A DNA stretch of 64,000 nt from Octopus vulgaris (GCA_951406725.2 OX597821.1:40362001-40426000), one strand, 5' to 3'. Positions 36,632 to 51,019 are shown, numbered from the stretch's first letter. A program made the numbers and translations. Notes: generated by a model from the sequence alone, not told the origin.

Positions 36632-37193
36632 ATATGTATACACACATATACATATACATATACATGTGAGTACTAGCCAATTGCTGGGGGTTGATTTAAT
36701 CAATTATACCCTCCCACAGAACATTATGGCCTTGTATTATTCTTAAAAATCAATATATCTATCTACTGACTTTATTATGCGATATTTTTATGCTATGGTA
36801 TTACTTATAATATAATAAAATATAATAATATATTCTGTTGCTATTGTATGTAGATTATCCTGTTATTATTGTAATTTAATGTTATTACTGTACCTACAGC
36901 GGCTTTATATATACAGTACCATAGGTTGTGATCAGTTTATTCTTTTGAAATCTATCAATTGTTATTGAACTTGTGCAGCAATGATATTTTCATTGTAATT
37001 GTAAAAATATAATAACAATAAATTGAACTTATTGATTTGAAACCACGTACAAGTGTATATATAGAGAGACATATATATACAGACACACAGATACATACAC
37101 AGACACTGATGCACTCACATACATACACACGCACACACATCACACATTACATTCTTTATAATTTTTATATATACATAATTATAATTTAAGTGT

Positions 37194-37233
<40 letters not shown>

Positions 37234-37625
37234 CATATATATGCAAATATATATAGAGTGCACATATATATGTGTGTATATATATAGTGCACGTATATAT
37301 GTGTGTGTGTATATATAAGTGCATGATGTGTGTGTGTGTATGAGATGAGAAAAATATAATCAATATCATTTTTATGCATATGTATGTGTGTGTATGTGCA
37401 TGTAATTATATGCATATATACATACATATACATATGAATACATACATAAATGCATGCATACATTTATGTATATATATGTTTGTAAAAGAGAGATAGATAG
37501 ATATCGATTTATGCACAGACACTCCACACACTTATGTATGAATGCATACACACACACACACACACACACACACAACAAGAAGAACACTCTCAAGTATATG
37601 TATGGGTAAGTATGTCTGTATGTAT

Positions 37626-37732
37626 GCCATTATTCAGTTTTATTTCAGGATTTCTTGCCAATAAAGACAGAACCAGTTTCTAAGCTAGATCCAAGGTTCC
37701 TTCATTTGGAACTTCAACAGCATCAACGGGTT
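37626..37732. mobile_element. Unclassified repeat embedded in (TATG)n
   Basis: CATTATTCAGTTTTATTTCA.GATTTCTTGCCA...CTAGATCCAAGG is also found at about 41911-42018, again between TATG repeats. Confidence 0.65.
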
Positions 37733-37747
37733 ATGCATGTATGTATG

Positions 37748-37781
<34 letters not shown>

Positions 37782-38136
37782 TGTATGTATGTATGTATGT
37801 ATGTATGTATGTATGTATGTATGTATGTATGTATGCATGCATGTATGTATGCATGTATGTATGTATGTATGTATGCATGTATGTATGTATGCATGTATGT
37901 ATGTATGTATGTATGTGTGTGTATGCATGTATGTATGTATGGATGGATGGATGGATGAATGGATGTACGTATGTTTGTATTATGTATGTATGTACGTATG
38001 TATGTATGTATGTATGTATGTATGAATGTACGTGTGTACGTATGTATGTATGTATGTATGTATGTATGTATGTACGTGTTATGTATGTATTATGTATGTA
38101 TTATGTATGAACGTATGTATCTATGCATGTATGTAC

Positions 38137-38167
<31 letters not shown>

Positions 38168-38215
38168 CGTATGTATGTATATATTTACGTACGTATGTAT
38201 GTATGTATGTATGAA
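37733..38215. repeat. (TATG)n microsatellite
   Basis: Direct reading. Confidence 0.95.
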
Positions 38216-38690
38216 TGTTTCTCTGGAATTTATTTTGAGCTTTTCCCTGGGCAGAATTCAACCTTGATTACTAAACAAAGTGACAAAGCTGTCTTGTTCA
38301 AGACAAGACAGTTCTTAGGACGTGTTACTCCCTGGATTGGTTGAAATATGTCTAAATGCATGCATGTGTGTATGTGTGGATAAACTTGCATGCATGGTTG
38401 TGCAAGTCACAATGAAGCACAAGAGTGTATCTTTTCTCATTGTCCATGTGTTTATGTAAATGTATTCCATATGCATATGTGACTATATACATATTTTCAC
38501 CCAGGAATCTCAAAGTTTTGCTGTTTCTCTGATCGATTGTATTGAGTGAGTGCAAGTCAGTGTGCTCTTTTTTTTTTTTTTTGGAGAATCCAAATATTTG
38601 TAGGTTTCTATGCAAAGTGCACAAAAAAAAATTAGGAAGAAATGAAAACCTGTAAGATTTACAGTTTCTTCATTAGTTCTCCATAGAAGT

Positions 38691-38779
38691 TAGACAGACA
38701 GACAGACAGACAGATAGACAGACATACAGACTGACTGACAGACAGACAGACAGACTGACTGACAGACAGACAGACAGAC

Positions 38780-38846
<67 letters not shown>

Positions 38847-38957
38847 CAGATAGACAGACAGACAGATAGATAGTTATATATATATATATATATAGATAGA
38901 TAGATAAATAGATAGATAGACAGATAGATAGATAGATAGACAGACAGATAGTTATAT

Positions 38958-39001
<44 letters not shown>

Positions 39002-39019
39002 GTAGATAGATAGATAGAC

Positions 39020-39081
<62 letters not shown>

Positions 39082-39190
39082 TTAGATAGAGGATATATGG
39101 ATATATAGAGGATATATGGATAGATAGAGGATATATGGATGGATAGATAGATAGATGGCTGGTTGGCTAGCTGGCTGGCTGGATGGCTGG
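38691..39190. repeat. Compound (CAGA)n/(TAGA)n microsatellite
   Basis: Direct reading. Confidence 0.95.
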
Positions 39191-41016
39191 ATCTTTGAAG
39201 ATATATTCACATCTACTAGGCAGCTCATTTCTAAATGATGCATGACTTTTTTCTCCCTGTCCTTTACAACAATAACATGCCTTTATACTATATTGCTGTT
39301 TTTATTGCTATGTCCAGCATTTCTTTTTCAAGCCCCTTTGTGTTGAAAAGGGATTATTTATTTGTTCACTTGAGCAGCTGGATGCCCTTGTTTATGCTCA
39401 CAATTAAGATAGGTTTTCAAGTTGTTCTATTAATTAGGTTAACATGAATAAGAAATTGTTTTTCCCATCCCATGATCATAGGGGTAACACGATTTTTCTC
39501 CTTGGGTAGCAACGGTCATTTCCTATTTGCTCACCTCTACAAACTATGAAAAATGGCTAAAATTTCCTTCAAACTTTGCTTTTGTTACATTTATTGAAAC
39601 CCCAAAGAATCTCTTTCAACACATGGCTATGATGCTCCCCAACTCCTCCTGCTCATGATTAGAAATGCACATATTGTCAGCCACTAAGGGACATGCTCAA
39701 GCAGTTACGGTCAAGCAACTGACAAGCAAATCTGTGGTATTCAACAGAATATTTTCTATAACAATATTTATGCTTCAGCAACTCAGAGCCAAATGTGTCT
39801 GAAATGTAATGGAAAACAGGTCAATTTCGAAACATTGATGCCCAGGTCACAAAAGCTAATGTTTGAAGGAAATAAGGTAGTGATTTCCTTTGATTTCTAG
39901 ATAGAAGGAAATAGAAAATAACTGACCAATAATAAAATAACTGACCAATGATAAAAACAAAAAATAAATATTTTGTTTCATAGTGGAGCCAAGTATTTTC
40001 CATTGGGCTTCATAATACCAATATTCTGTATATTCGCTATTAATTTTATTCTTCTTCCTGCAAATACAAACCAATGCAGTCTCTTGTTTTGCAATTCCAA
40101 CTCTAGCTACATTGGTAAGGCATCCATCAGCTGTTCAACGAAAGCACTTAATTCCAGTCATTGCCAGTGACGTATTTGTTGTGCATTCTCTTGTATACAT
40201 GTTTCAACCTTCATTTACTATCCATGTGTGTTTGCAGCTGCTATTACACAGTTAACAGCTTCACAATTGTTCGTGTAAATTGGCCAAATAAGCTGCTACT
40301 GAGAGAGAAGAAATGCCAGGTAGAATCTGCATATTGGGACTTAGAAACCTTTGTTGTGAAGAATTGCAATTAAGTCTGTGAGATTACAAATTACAATTAG
40401 AATTTTGAAATTTAGTTTGATTCTTTTATTGGTGACATAAAGGCAAAATTGAGAAAGCCTAATGTTTGATGCGCTGGTTAAAATGGTTTGCAAGATAAAT
40501 CTTGCTCTAAACAGCAGGTGCTATTAATTTAAAGAATAAGAGGGAAAGATTCTTTGTAGGAGTTAAACAATAAACAAACGAAGTTAATGAAAATTGGCAA
40601 CATAAAACACAAACATGTAAAATGTTTAATAATTAACTCATTAATACATTCACCAAACTGTATATGTACGTGTGTGTGGGTGTGTGTGCGTGTGTATTTG
40701 TGTGTGCGTGTGCATGTGTGTATGTGTGTGTGTGTATTAGGTAGAGTCGAATGTAACCAAAACGTTTGCTTTGGAAACTTGTGGTCAGGTGTTTAGCCCC
40801 TGTGTGTGTTGTTGGTGTTGGTTGGTGTCCTCTAATGTAGGCACAGGTTGACCAATACCTTGTGAGTGAAATTAGTTGATGGAAACTGGAAGAAGCCTTT
40901 CCTGTATACATACGTGTGTGTGTGTATGTGTACATATATGTATATGTTATTTAACAACATTATTTTGACAAGATTATTGTGAATGGATTTAGGAGATAGA
41001 AAGTGAAAGAAGCCTG

Positions 41017-41047
<31 letters not shown>

Positions 41048-41111
41048 ATCATCATCATCATCATCGTTTAACATCCATTTTCCATGCTACTATGGGTTGG
41101 ACAATGCATGG

Positions 41112-41154
<43 letters not shown>

Positions 41155-41164
41155 TTATATGTAT

Positions 41165-41375
41165 ATATGTTTGTGTGTCTGTGTTTGTCCCCCCATCATT
41201 GCTTGACAACCAATGTTGGTGTGTTTATGTCCCCATAACCTGGTGGTTCAGCAAAAGGGAACGATAGAATAAGTACTGGGCTTACAAAGAATAAGTCCTA
41301 GGGTTGGTTTGTTCAACTAAAGGCAGTGCTCCAGCATGGCCACAGTCAAATGACTGAAACAAACAAAACAGTAAA
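41165..41375 (+). mobile_element. CORE-type SINE (family A), 3' half
   Basis: GTGTTTGTCCCCC...GCTCCAGCATGGCCACAGTCAAATGACTGAAAC. Confidence 0.8.
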
Positions 41376-42341
41376 GGAATTAAGCTGAAAATTACTCAAA
41401 ACTTCTTGTAGACAGCACAAGTAGGCTGAAACTTCAAAGTTACTGTCAGCACTTGTGAAAGAATAATGTGTGCATGTGCGTGTATGTGTGTGTGTGTGTA
41501 AAGTACATACTGAGTATGTATTCAGAAATGAATTTCCTCATACCTAATGAAAGAATAATTTCAACATTATTTGTAGAAAATTTCCAAGTCACTTCCTCAT
41601 AATATCAATTTCAATATTTATGTGATAAACAATGATCAGTGTACTTTGTACTCTAACAAATGATTCTTGCTGTTTGATGTCCATAACTTATTTAAAACTA
41701 ATTTACATTGAATATTCAAAATGGAAATATTTCAAGTTTTAATTCATTTATTAAAATTCTGGTTGAATATATTGAATATTTTTATTTTAAAACCCTAAGA
41801 ATTTGAGGTTTGTGGCAGAAGAATTTAATAAATTCAAATTTAGTCGAATATAATTTTTCCAGGATGGTAACTATTTTACGGCTGTCTTCTCCACATAATC
41901 ATATATGTATGTCATTATTCAGTTTTATTTCAAGATTTCTTGCCAGTAGAGAAAGAATCAGTTTCTAACCTAGATCCAAGGCTCATTTATTGGAATTTTA
42001 ACATCAGCAGGATATTTTTGTATGTATGTATGTATGTATGTATGTATGTATGTATGTATGTATGTATAAATGCAGATTTCTATGTTTTTCTTTATGTATG
42101 TATTCTCATGCATGTAGTTGCATATCTAGGACATGCTCATATAAATTTAACTGATAAACTTCTGGAAAGTTTTACAGATTCTTACAGTTCCAGTGATGGA
42201 TTGGATCTGTTGCCAACACAGGAGCCAGTCATGGAGTACTGTCGTCAGTTACGATCGGTTGGTGCTTTTTACATGCCATTAGCATATATATATGTATACA
42301 TATATATATATATACATATATATATATACATATATACACAC

Positions 42342-42400
<59 letters not shown>

Positions 42401-42491
42401 TATATATATATATATATATACTTTATTTAAAGCAGTGGAAAATTCAACAAAACCTGTTACTCTGAGTTTCACGTTTATGTGTTTACTCCGG

Positions 42492-42522
<31 letters not shown>

Positions 42523-42724
42523 AACTGCAGATATTTACAAGCCATTTAAGAAGACAAAAACTGTTAGATTCACTTCAACATTTAAATTCAATTTGTGTCA
42601 AAATATTTTAGCTGCTTTGAAACCAGGAGCTGTTCACTAACAAAACTTCCATGCTGCATCTCTATATATGAACTGGCATTTTGGTGATTAGGACAATGAA
42701 TGATCCAGTTGATTCGATCAACAG

Positions 42725-42941
42725 TATTTCACTACTGCCCACAAGGGGCTAAAGACAGAGGGGACAAACGGATTATGTCGATTACATCGACCCCAGGGTG
42801 TAACTGGTACTTAATTTATCGACCCCGAAAGGATGAAAGGCAAAGTCGACCTCGGCAGAATTTGAACTCAGAACGTAACAGCAGACGAAATACGGCCACG
42901 CATTTCGCCCGGCGTGCTAACGAGTCTGCCAGCTCGCCTCT
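42725..42941 (-). mobile_element. Full-length SINE family B with 17-bp TSD, nested in a family D SINE
   Basis: TSD GTTGATTCGATCAACAG at 42708-42724 and 42942-42958. The flank at 42959-43010 matches the reverse complement of 61700-61760. Confidence 0.9.
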
Positions 42942-43093
42942 GTTGATTCGATCAACAGAACAGCCTGCTCATGTAATTAACGTGTAAGTGGCTGAGTATT
43001 CCACAGACAAATGCAAGAACAGTGGGATAGATGCTTTGTGGTATCTCTCATGGCTTCTTGCATTCTGAGTTCAAATTCCACCATGGTCTATAT

Positions 43094-43341
43094 CTGTGGT
43101 TCTCAACCAGGTGTCATATGACCCTTGGGTGTTCATATAATATTTTATTCAATTTATGGGAACTAATTTGCTTTTACTTTTGTAGTACACAAAATATTTT
43201 CGCAATTTTTTATACAATTTCTAATAATATTTAATTATAAAAATATAATTGGATTTTTAAATATTGAATGGCTTTGAGGATCCAGTAGAGAAAAATAGAA
43301 ACCAAAGGGGTCTGTTGATAAAAAGTGGTTGGAAGCCACTG
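43094..43341. mobile_element. hAT (Buster/Charlie-type) MITE
   Basis: TIRs CTGTGGTTCTCAACC and GGTTGGAAGCCACTG. The 8-bp TSD GTCTATAT/GTCTATAG has a central TA. Confidence 0.75.
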
Positions 43342-43657
43342 GTCTATAGACATGGTAGACTGAATCTTTTACCCAGTTTAAATCCATCATCTGGTACCTT
43401 TGATACCTTTTATGATGTCTACTCTGTTTCTAACATATAGGCCAGGTTTACACTTTGAGGATACCAGCCTCCCTATTTTGTGCCAGCCTCAAAGCCCCTG
43501 TAATGAGATATGGGCATTAACTTCTCCCCTGATTAAAAGGTTAAAATGAGTTCAGTAGACAATTATTTCTTCCAAAACTGCACAGAGAGTCAGGCAATAT
43601 GTCTCACAGATCACAGAGCAGACTTTTGTAATGTGGTCACAATCTGTTGTTATAGAC

Positions 43658-43860
43658 CAGGGGTGGGCAAACTACGGCCCGTGGGCCGCATGCGGCCCAC
43701 CGAGAGCTTTTATGAATCCCAACTTCTATGCAGATACTTCGTAACTGTTTCAGTTGTACGGTAATTCACAATATTTTCACTTGATTTTTATAAATGAGGC
43801 CCGCCAAGGTTCCAAAGACGCACTGTGCGACCCGCGATCAAAAAAGTTTGCCCACCCCTG
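43658..43860. mobile_element. hAT (Buster/Charlie-type) MITE, young
   Basis: TIRs CAGGGGTGGGCAAACT and AGTTTGCCCACCCCTG. Perfect 8-bp TSD TTATAGAC. Subterminal GGCCCG motifs. Confidence 0.93.
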
Positions 43861-44326
43861 TTATAGACGGTAGTCCAGATTTGATTATTCTTGTTTTGAA
43901 ACACATGTTCCAATCATGACATTGTATATGGTACCTGTAGCAATATGTTCCACAGACCTGTGACTGCATTGGAAAAATTCTGTAAATATTTTACCCCCAA
44001 ATATGATGCAGAATGTGAAGCAAACATGTGGTGCTTCCAAATCCCTGCTAGGGCACAACCAGGACATTCAAAGACATCGTTCAACAAACTGCCAAGTGCA
44101 CAACAAAAGAAAAAAAAACATGTTTACTCTAACAGGAGTAGATTTATGTCTAACTGACATGGCATGATTTGGTTATTCTTTGGCCAAAGGTCAATCTCAC
44201 CTATTCCCAGAACTGCTGCCAAAAGCAAGCTCTGCTGCATGCTTGACACTTTATTTTTGAAAAGCTCAGTTTATTTTTGGACAGACATCGTATAATGAGC
44301 ATGAAGGTAACTTTAGGTGAATAGAC

Positions 44327-44376
<50 letters not shown>

Positions 44377-44407
44377 TGATGCATATATATTTATATATGT
44401 GTATGCG

Positions 44408-44449
<42 letters not shown>

Positions 44450-45209
44450 CACAGACACGCACACACACTCACAGTCATACATACACATGCACATACATTC
44501 ACAAACACACATTCACACGTGCATGTGTATAATGTATGCATGCATTAAGTAGGCTGAATTATGCCTGAAACATAAGTCTTGCTGTGAAATAAACCTCAGT
44601 GTCATGCCTGATGTTCTCAACAAAACAGCATTGATGCTACAAGAATATATTAGATTCCATTTACTCTTACCATTATACAGAATGCTGCTTATATCTTCGT
44701 AACTTAATGTGTTTTCTTCATTGCTATATATTTTGGTCACTCAGTAGGACAACAATGTTAAATGGAACCTAATGTCAGCTGATAAGCTAGAAGCAGTTTG
44801 TTCTGGTAGCGATCATGTTTTGGTTAGAATTTAGCTTACACCATAAGATTCATTCTTCAGCTGGTCACAAGCTTCAAACAAAGATTGTTTTTGGATATTG
44901 AATTATTCCATTTTCATGCTGTTTTGTGTAAAGTGAATATATACATATGTAAATATGAATATGATTATATACATACATGAATACATATACATATGTGTAT
45001 ATATGCATTGTTATATAGAGTTATTCAGTATCTTTCACATGATAACACATTTTATGGCTAACTCTACGGTCAACACGCACTGTTTACGCATATTTGACAG
45101 ACACACACATACACCATTTTTGCACTCATTTGTATAGATATACTCATCAAATGTACATACTTATATACACATATTTATATATGTATGTATATGTACTTAT
45201 ATATATGTA

Positions 45210-46105
45210 TTGGGTCGTCCCATAAATAATGCAATTTTTTCAATTGCATGAACTAAAAGTCGGAGGGAGAGGGAATAAACTACCTGCATCAACTTGCTAT
45301 AAAAGCAGATAGTAATTTTACCTTGTACTTATTCTTAGGGCAAATTTTAAAGAGTGCATTTCGATATTAACAGTTATTTTTTAAAAGTTATAATGGAAGT
45401 GACAAAGAGGCATATTCAGTATATTTTGCTTTATGAATTCAATAACGGCAACAATGCAATGGAAAGTGTGAAGAATATTAATGCAGTATTTGGAGATCGG
45501 ATAATAAGTGTAAGCTAGTGTCAACAGTGGTTATAGAAATTCTGAGCCGGAAACTACAAGCTAGAAGATTAGTCTCATTCTGGAAGATTTTTTGAGCTCA
45601 CCGAGGACATCCTGCAAACCCATCGTAACTGTTGAGGAACTAGCAAAGAAGTTTGGATTTGGACATGCAAACATTCATCAACACCTGCACTAGAAGAATA
45701 ACGACCATCTTTGGTTTCAAGACGAAAAGTGTTCTTCCATCAGGATATTGCTCAACCACATACAACATGAATGACATTCCAAAGGCTGAAGCAGTTTGAA
45801 TGAGAAACAATACCCCACCCACCATATTCGCCAGATATTACCCCATCTGATTATCATTTATTCTGCAGGCTAGAAAATCATTTGGATGGAAAGATACGAA
45901 TTCTGTAGACGAGGTCAAAACAGTATTGGAGGAGTATTTTTATCACAGGCAAGTGAATTTTGGAAGAGGGGCTTTGCAAGTCTACCAGATAGATGGAAGG
46001 GCATTGTAGAAAATGGAGTGTATTTTATATTAGAAAAGGACTTAGTTTATCTTAATTTTGAAAAATAAAAGTATTAAAAAATGCATTATTTATGGGATGA
46101 CCCAA
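45210..46105 (+). mobile_element. Internally deleted mariner transposon
   Basis: TIRs TTGGGTCGTCCCATAAATAATGCA and TGCATTATTTATGGGATGACCCAA with a TA TSD. Remnant ORF MEVTKRHIQYILLYEF... and HPPYSPDITPSDYHLF. Confidence 0.95.
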
Positions 46106-46118
46106 TATATATATATCC

Positions 46119-46180
<62 letters not shown>

Positions 46181-46622
46181 ATATATATATATTTTTTCTT
46201 CTTCCTTTCTTCTTCTTCTTCTTCTTCTTCTTCTTCTTCTTCTTCTTCTTCTTCTTCTTCTTCTTCTTCTTCTTCTTCTTCTTCTTCACTTTTGTCTTCT
46301 ACTCGTTTTCCTCCCCTCCTTTCTCCTTTCTATTCTTATGCATATCCACCCTCTTGATCCCTCCTCCGCGTAATATTTACACCTCTTACTCATCCAATAT
46401 CTCCACACTTTCGATATTTTTTTCCTTTTCTTATTTCCTCCTAACAACAAAGCCTGAACGTCTCACACTGTAACAACACATTCCCAATGCAAATCTGATC
46501 AAGTGTACATCTCTAATGTCTACAACCGCAAACATTACGTGATTTCATTTCAAATTTTTTGTGTAAACTGGTCTTGCAGATAGAGATGGTACAGAAAGAA
46601 TGGCAACTTATAATTGAAGTTT

Positions 46623-46669
<47 letters not shown>

Positions 46670-46672
<3 letters not shown>

Positions 46673-46980
46673 ACTGTGATCACCGTGACTGACCAGGCTA
46701 TCAGATGTTGCTACACATCGTTGGTCACAATGCGCTTCGCATTGTTTTTGCCTTAAAATGATGCCACCCTGCTGGCTAAGTGAGCAGGCCAACAGAAGAA
46801 AGAGTGAGAGAAAGTTGTGGCGAAAGAGTATAGCAGAGATCGCCACCACACCCTGCCTGAGCCTCGTGGAGCTTTAGTTGTTTTTCGCTCAATAAACACT
46901 CGCAACACCCGCTCTGGGAATCGAAAACCTTGATCCTACGACTGAAAGTCCGCTGCCCTAATCATTGGGCCATTGCACCT
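46670..46980 (-). mobile_element. tRNA-derived SINE (family C head with a different 3' module)
   Basis: Minus strand GGTGCAATGGCCCAATGATTAGGGCAGCGGAC...TTTCGATTCCCAG...CTAAAGCTCCACGAGGCTC matches 13508-13700. Confidence 0.8.
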
Positions 46981-47002
46981 CCACACACACATGCACACGC
47001 AT

Positions 47003-47069
<67 letters not shown>

Positions 47070-47589
47070 CTCTTACACAAGAATTCAGTAGCAGAAAGTA
47101 TATACAAGAAGCAGTAATGCAAACAATCCTAGCAGAAAGAGATTTTGTGAAATATGGTCGATTATAATTTGTGACATGATTTTAAAATGTGAATGCATGA
47201 TTAAATTCGTTATTTACAAAAACTATTTGTATTGACACTATTAGCATTTAAAAATATTCCATGTCTTAATAGAATCAAGTAATTAAAATTGTTTAGAGTT
47301 TCTGTGTCTTTCTTTTTGTTTTCTTTTTGTATTATTTTTGTTGGTTTTTTTTTTTGTATTGCACTAAGTTTAGATGCATTAAATTCAAAAATGTTAGTCA
47401 AAGTTTGTTCTTATTTACAAAATGAAAATATATAAAACATATCTTTTATCTTTTACTTGTTTTAGTCATTCCATTGTGGCCATGCTGGAGCAAGAGCTTG
47501 AAGAATTTTTAGTTGAATGAATCAAACCCACTATTTATTGTTTTAAAACCTGCAACTTCTTCCAGTTTTTTTTTTTTTTTTACCAAATA

Positions 47590-48000
47590 TAGGCGCAGGA
47601 GTGGCTGTGTGGTAAGTAGCTTGCTAACCAACCACATGGTTCCGGGTTCAGTTCCTCTGCGTGGCATCTTGGGCAAGTGTCTTCTGCTATAGCCCCGGGC
47701 CGACCAATGCCTTGTGAGTGGATTTGGTAGACGGAAACTGAAAGAAGCCTGTTGTATATATGTATATATATGTGTGTGTATGTGTTTGTGTGTCTGTGTT
47801 TGTCCCCCTAGCATTGCTTGACAACCGATGCTGGTGTGTTTACATCCCCATAACTTAGCAGTTCGGCAAAAAGAGACCGATAGAATAAGTACTGGGCTTA
47901 CAAAGAATAAGTCCCGGGGTCGATTTGCTCGACTAAAGGCGGTGCTCCAGCATGGCTGCAGTCAAATGACTGAAACAAGTAAAAGAGTAAAAGAGTAAAT
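47590..48000 (+). mobile_element. Full-length CORE-type SINE (family A)
   Basis: GGCGCAGGAGTGGCTGTGTGGTAAG (A box), GGGTTCAGTTCC (B box), TCTTGGGCAAGTGTCTTCT (CORE-like) and an AAAAGAGT tail. Confidence 0.92.
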
Positions 48001-48003
48001 GAG

Positions 48004-48140
48004 TAAATCCACTCACAAGGCTTTGGTCAGACTGAGGCTATAGTAAAAGACACCTGTGCGAGGTGTCAAGAAATTGGACTGAACTTGGAACCAATTGGTT
48101 GGGATGCAAACTTCTTACCACACATCCACACCAGTGCCTA
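48004..48140 (-). mobile_element. Older family A SINE 5' half, probably continuous with 47445-47555 and split by the 47590 insertion
   Basis: AAATCCACTCACAAGGCTTTGGTC...GACTGAAC. Confidence 0.65.
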
Positions 48141-49369
48141 TAATTCAAGAATTCAACTAAATTTTAAATGTAAGGAATGAAATTAAGTTTAAGATGTAGA
48201 ATATGATCCAAGAAAGCAAAGTCAAACAATAAGAGAGTGTATATAAGCTTTAAGTATTGGCGTATGTAGGAAGTGAGTGTTGAATGTAATGGTTTAGGTG
48301 GAGGGTTCAATCTTTGGGAAAGGGTGCAACAATCTTGTTTGATTGGAATGAGAAAATGGCATCACAAAAAACTAACTGAAGATATCCTTGAGATAGACAA
48401 TGGAAGGTAAAGAATCTACAGCCATGGATTAGAGTAAGGGGTGAATTAGAAATTCTAAAAACATTGCAAAATATAACAGGTATCTGAAAATGGTTGGAAA
48501 GCATAACAGGCACCTCGAGGAAGTTGTTACATAAAAGAGCTACCCAAAGATGCTTAGCAGGTAAAACAACTGAAATGTTGTAACTATAGCAACTAAGATA
48601 AGAATGTTAGTCTGAATAATAATGATAATTTTTCATCTAAGAAATTTCGAAAAAAAACCCAAAAAAACTCTGAATGTTTTGTTTAACCATTGTTTAGAAA
48701 TTTCTAGCTCCACTGAAATTAAGGCATAGGAGATCTTAAGTTAGTGCATCATTAACAAATATAGCTTTTTAGATGTATATTGAGATTATGGTTTGACAAT
48801 CATCTCAGCTGAAGACAAATTTGGAAAGAATGTTAATAGATGGCTCCAAGAAAATTAACTTTAAATTTATTGTAAGAATTAATTTGTATTTCATAAGTTT
48901 ATATGTATTATTTTAAAACTAAATAGTCACAAATACTATACTTTATTAAGCTAAACTTCTAAACAATGCCAAGAATTCTAATCATCCAACCTTTATCATA
49001 ATAATTCTGTTTATAACATAAATAAAAGAATATGGAACATAATATTTTCTGTCAAAATTTATTTGTGTGGCCATCTAATACAACAATGATTGTAAGAGGC
49101 AAACATTTAGTTTGAAAAACTTATAATATATACTAGTGTATATTCGTAGAACAACAAAGTTAAATATGAATTTGGAATTGAATATAACCAGAGATGACTA
49201 AATGCAATCAGAAAATACCTCTGCTAACCATTAATATCATTAGGCATTCTTAATATTCAGTAAGAATAAGAAACAGATTTATTGTAGTTACATTGTCAAT
49301 GTTGCTATGCAAATGATTTACTATACCACTTGTGTATCTGGCTAAAAATTACACTGGAATATAAACACA

Positions 49370-49660
49370 TTTAGCAGAGTGGTTGGGACATTGCCTTCAT
49401 GATTATAAGATCGTGCTTTCAATTCTCAGACCAGATAGTGTGTTGTGTTCTTGCATAACACACTTCACTTCACCTCACGTTGCTCTGCAATCAGTTTGAT
49501 ATTTGATAGGTGGCACACCATTCATATGTGTTGGAAATGTTGATTTAATGAGAGAGAGAGTGGCCTAACGTGCAGCACAAACGTTTGATTATGATAAACA
49601 AATCATCTGGGCAGGTTACTCAGCAAGAAAATACGAAATCCTCATCAGTCGTCCATAACA
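49370..49660 (+). mobile_element. Degenerate CORE-type SINE (family D-like)
   Basis: GCAGAGTGGTT A-box-like motif and GTTGTGTTCTTG...ACACTTCACTTCAC CORE-like motif. Confidence 0.5.
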
Positions 49661-49892
49661 GAAGAGCTTTCATAAGGAAGGACATTGAGAAAAATATACA
49701 AGAACTTCACAACAAATTCATTCAAAAGCAGGTACATACAATACGTATACTCCTAGAAGGGGTCCTCCAAAATACCGTGCCACATTTTTAATAACATTGG
49801 AACCCTGAATGAGGATAGTATTGATAATACAACTCTGAATTTATAGTTTGAACTGTCTTCTATACATTAACAGAACATGATGTATTCCTTAC

Positions 49893-49979
49893 CTGGAAAT
49901 GGAATGTTACAAGTTCTAGGGAGCTTTTGTACAATGGGGTTTCCAAAAAGAATGCAGAAGGAAGATGATGCAGTTTTTA
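49893..49979 (-). CDS. Candidate 87-bp internal exon of an unidentified host gene
   Basis: Minus strand: CTAAC branch point, ATACAG acceptor and CAG|GTAAGG donor. Open phase 1-1 frame KTASSSFCILFGNPIVQKLPRTCNIPFP. No homology recognised. Confidence 0.35.
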
Positions 49980-51019
49980 CTGTATAACACAGTTAGAGAG
50001 TAAACTTGTCTTCTTAAAAAGAATGATGACTACAGCTATGGCAGGTTTAGAAATAATCTAATAGAAAGTTATTAGAAATTCACCTACAGTTCGTTGTTAG
50101 AGTTAACTAAAGACATGTGACTCTTTAGATATCAAATTAAACCTAATTAGATATGAGTATTCTCTTTGTAGAAAACAAAATGAAGAATTTCTATTAAGAG
50201 AAATGTTAATTATCTACGTACAGTTATGCAAAATTTAGTTAGAAATATTGGTAGGGAAATATGCAGTAAATCTTATAGCAAAAGCTATTTAATTACATTG
50301 CACAGTGATTCAGTGATACTGTGATGCAATGATGAAAAACAGATATAAATAGAAACTGGAGAGTAGACAAGAACCAAATCCACAGAACGGTGAAGCCAAA
50401 CAAAATAAATTACGTTGTTGAATTGTTGCTTAGCATGAATGTTGTGTCTAATATAGCTAGTTATTTCTCAGCATTAGTCAGAAAAATCAAGCAGAAGGAC
50501 TATAAAGTGGTCAACAGTATCAACATAAAAGATAACTATAGCTGTGTGAAAAGCATTAGCACTTTGATTGCTTGAAGCAATAAGATTAACTGCTTACCAT
50601 AAAACAAGTCAAAGCAACAAACAAATAGCAACTAAAGCAACACAATATTATATGCAACTAATGGCAAATATTTCAAAAAGGTACCAATTATACAAGCAAA
50701 AATACCGTACGAAGACAATATTAAGAAAATATAGTTTCTGAGTACATGATGACCTTACAAGTGAGTGGAAATAACAACTCTTCAATAAATGGATCTAGAG
50801 TTGAAACTTCAACATCTTGGAACAAATCCCTCTCCTTCCTCAAGAAGCAAAAACTAAGATGTGTTTCCCCATTGTGCTCTAGGAATCTCTGTCACTTATT
50901 AACTATGGTATGTCCTCAATTTCATGTTGTCTGTCTCAGACAATTTCATCAATTTAGTTGAGTGGACTTTGTTGTCTCTCAGGGGTTTTTTTTTTCTCTC
51001 TAGTTTCAGCTCAGAGCTG

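Noticed and set aside
42590-42645. HHR-like topology on the minus strand
   Set aside because: The core is too degenerate (GUGAACA, no GAAA) to call from this copy.
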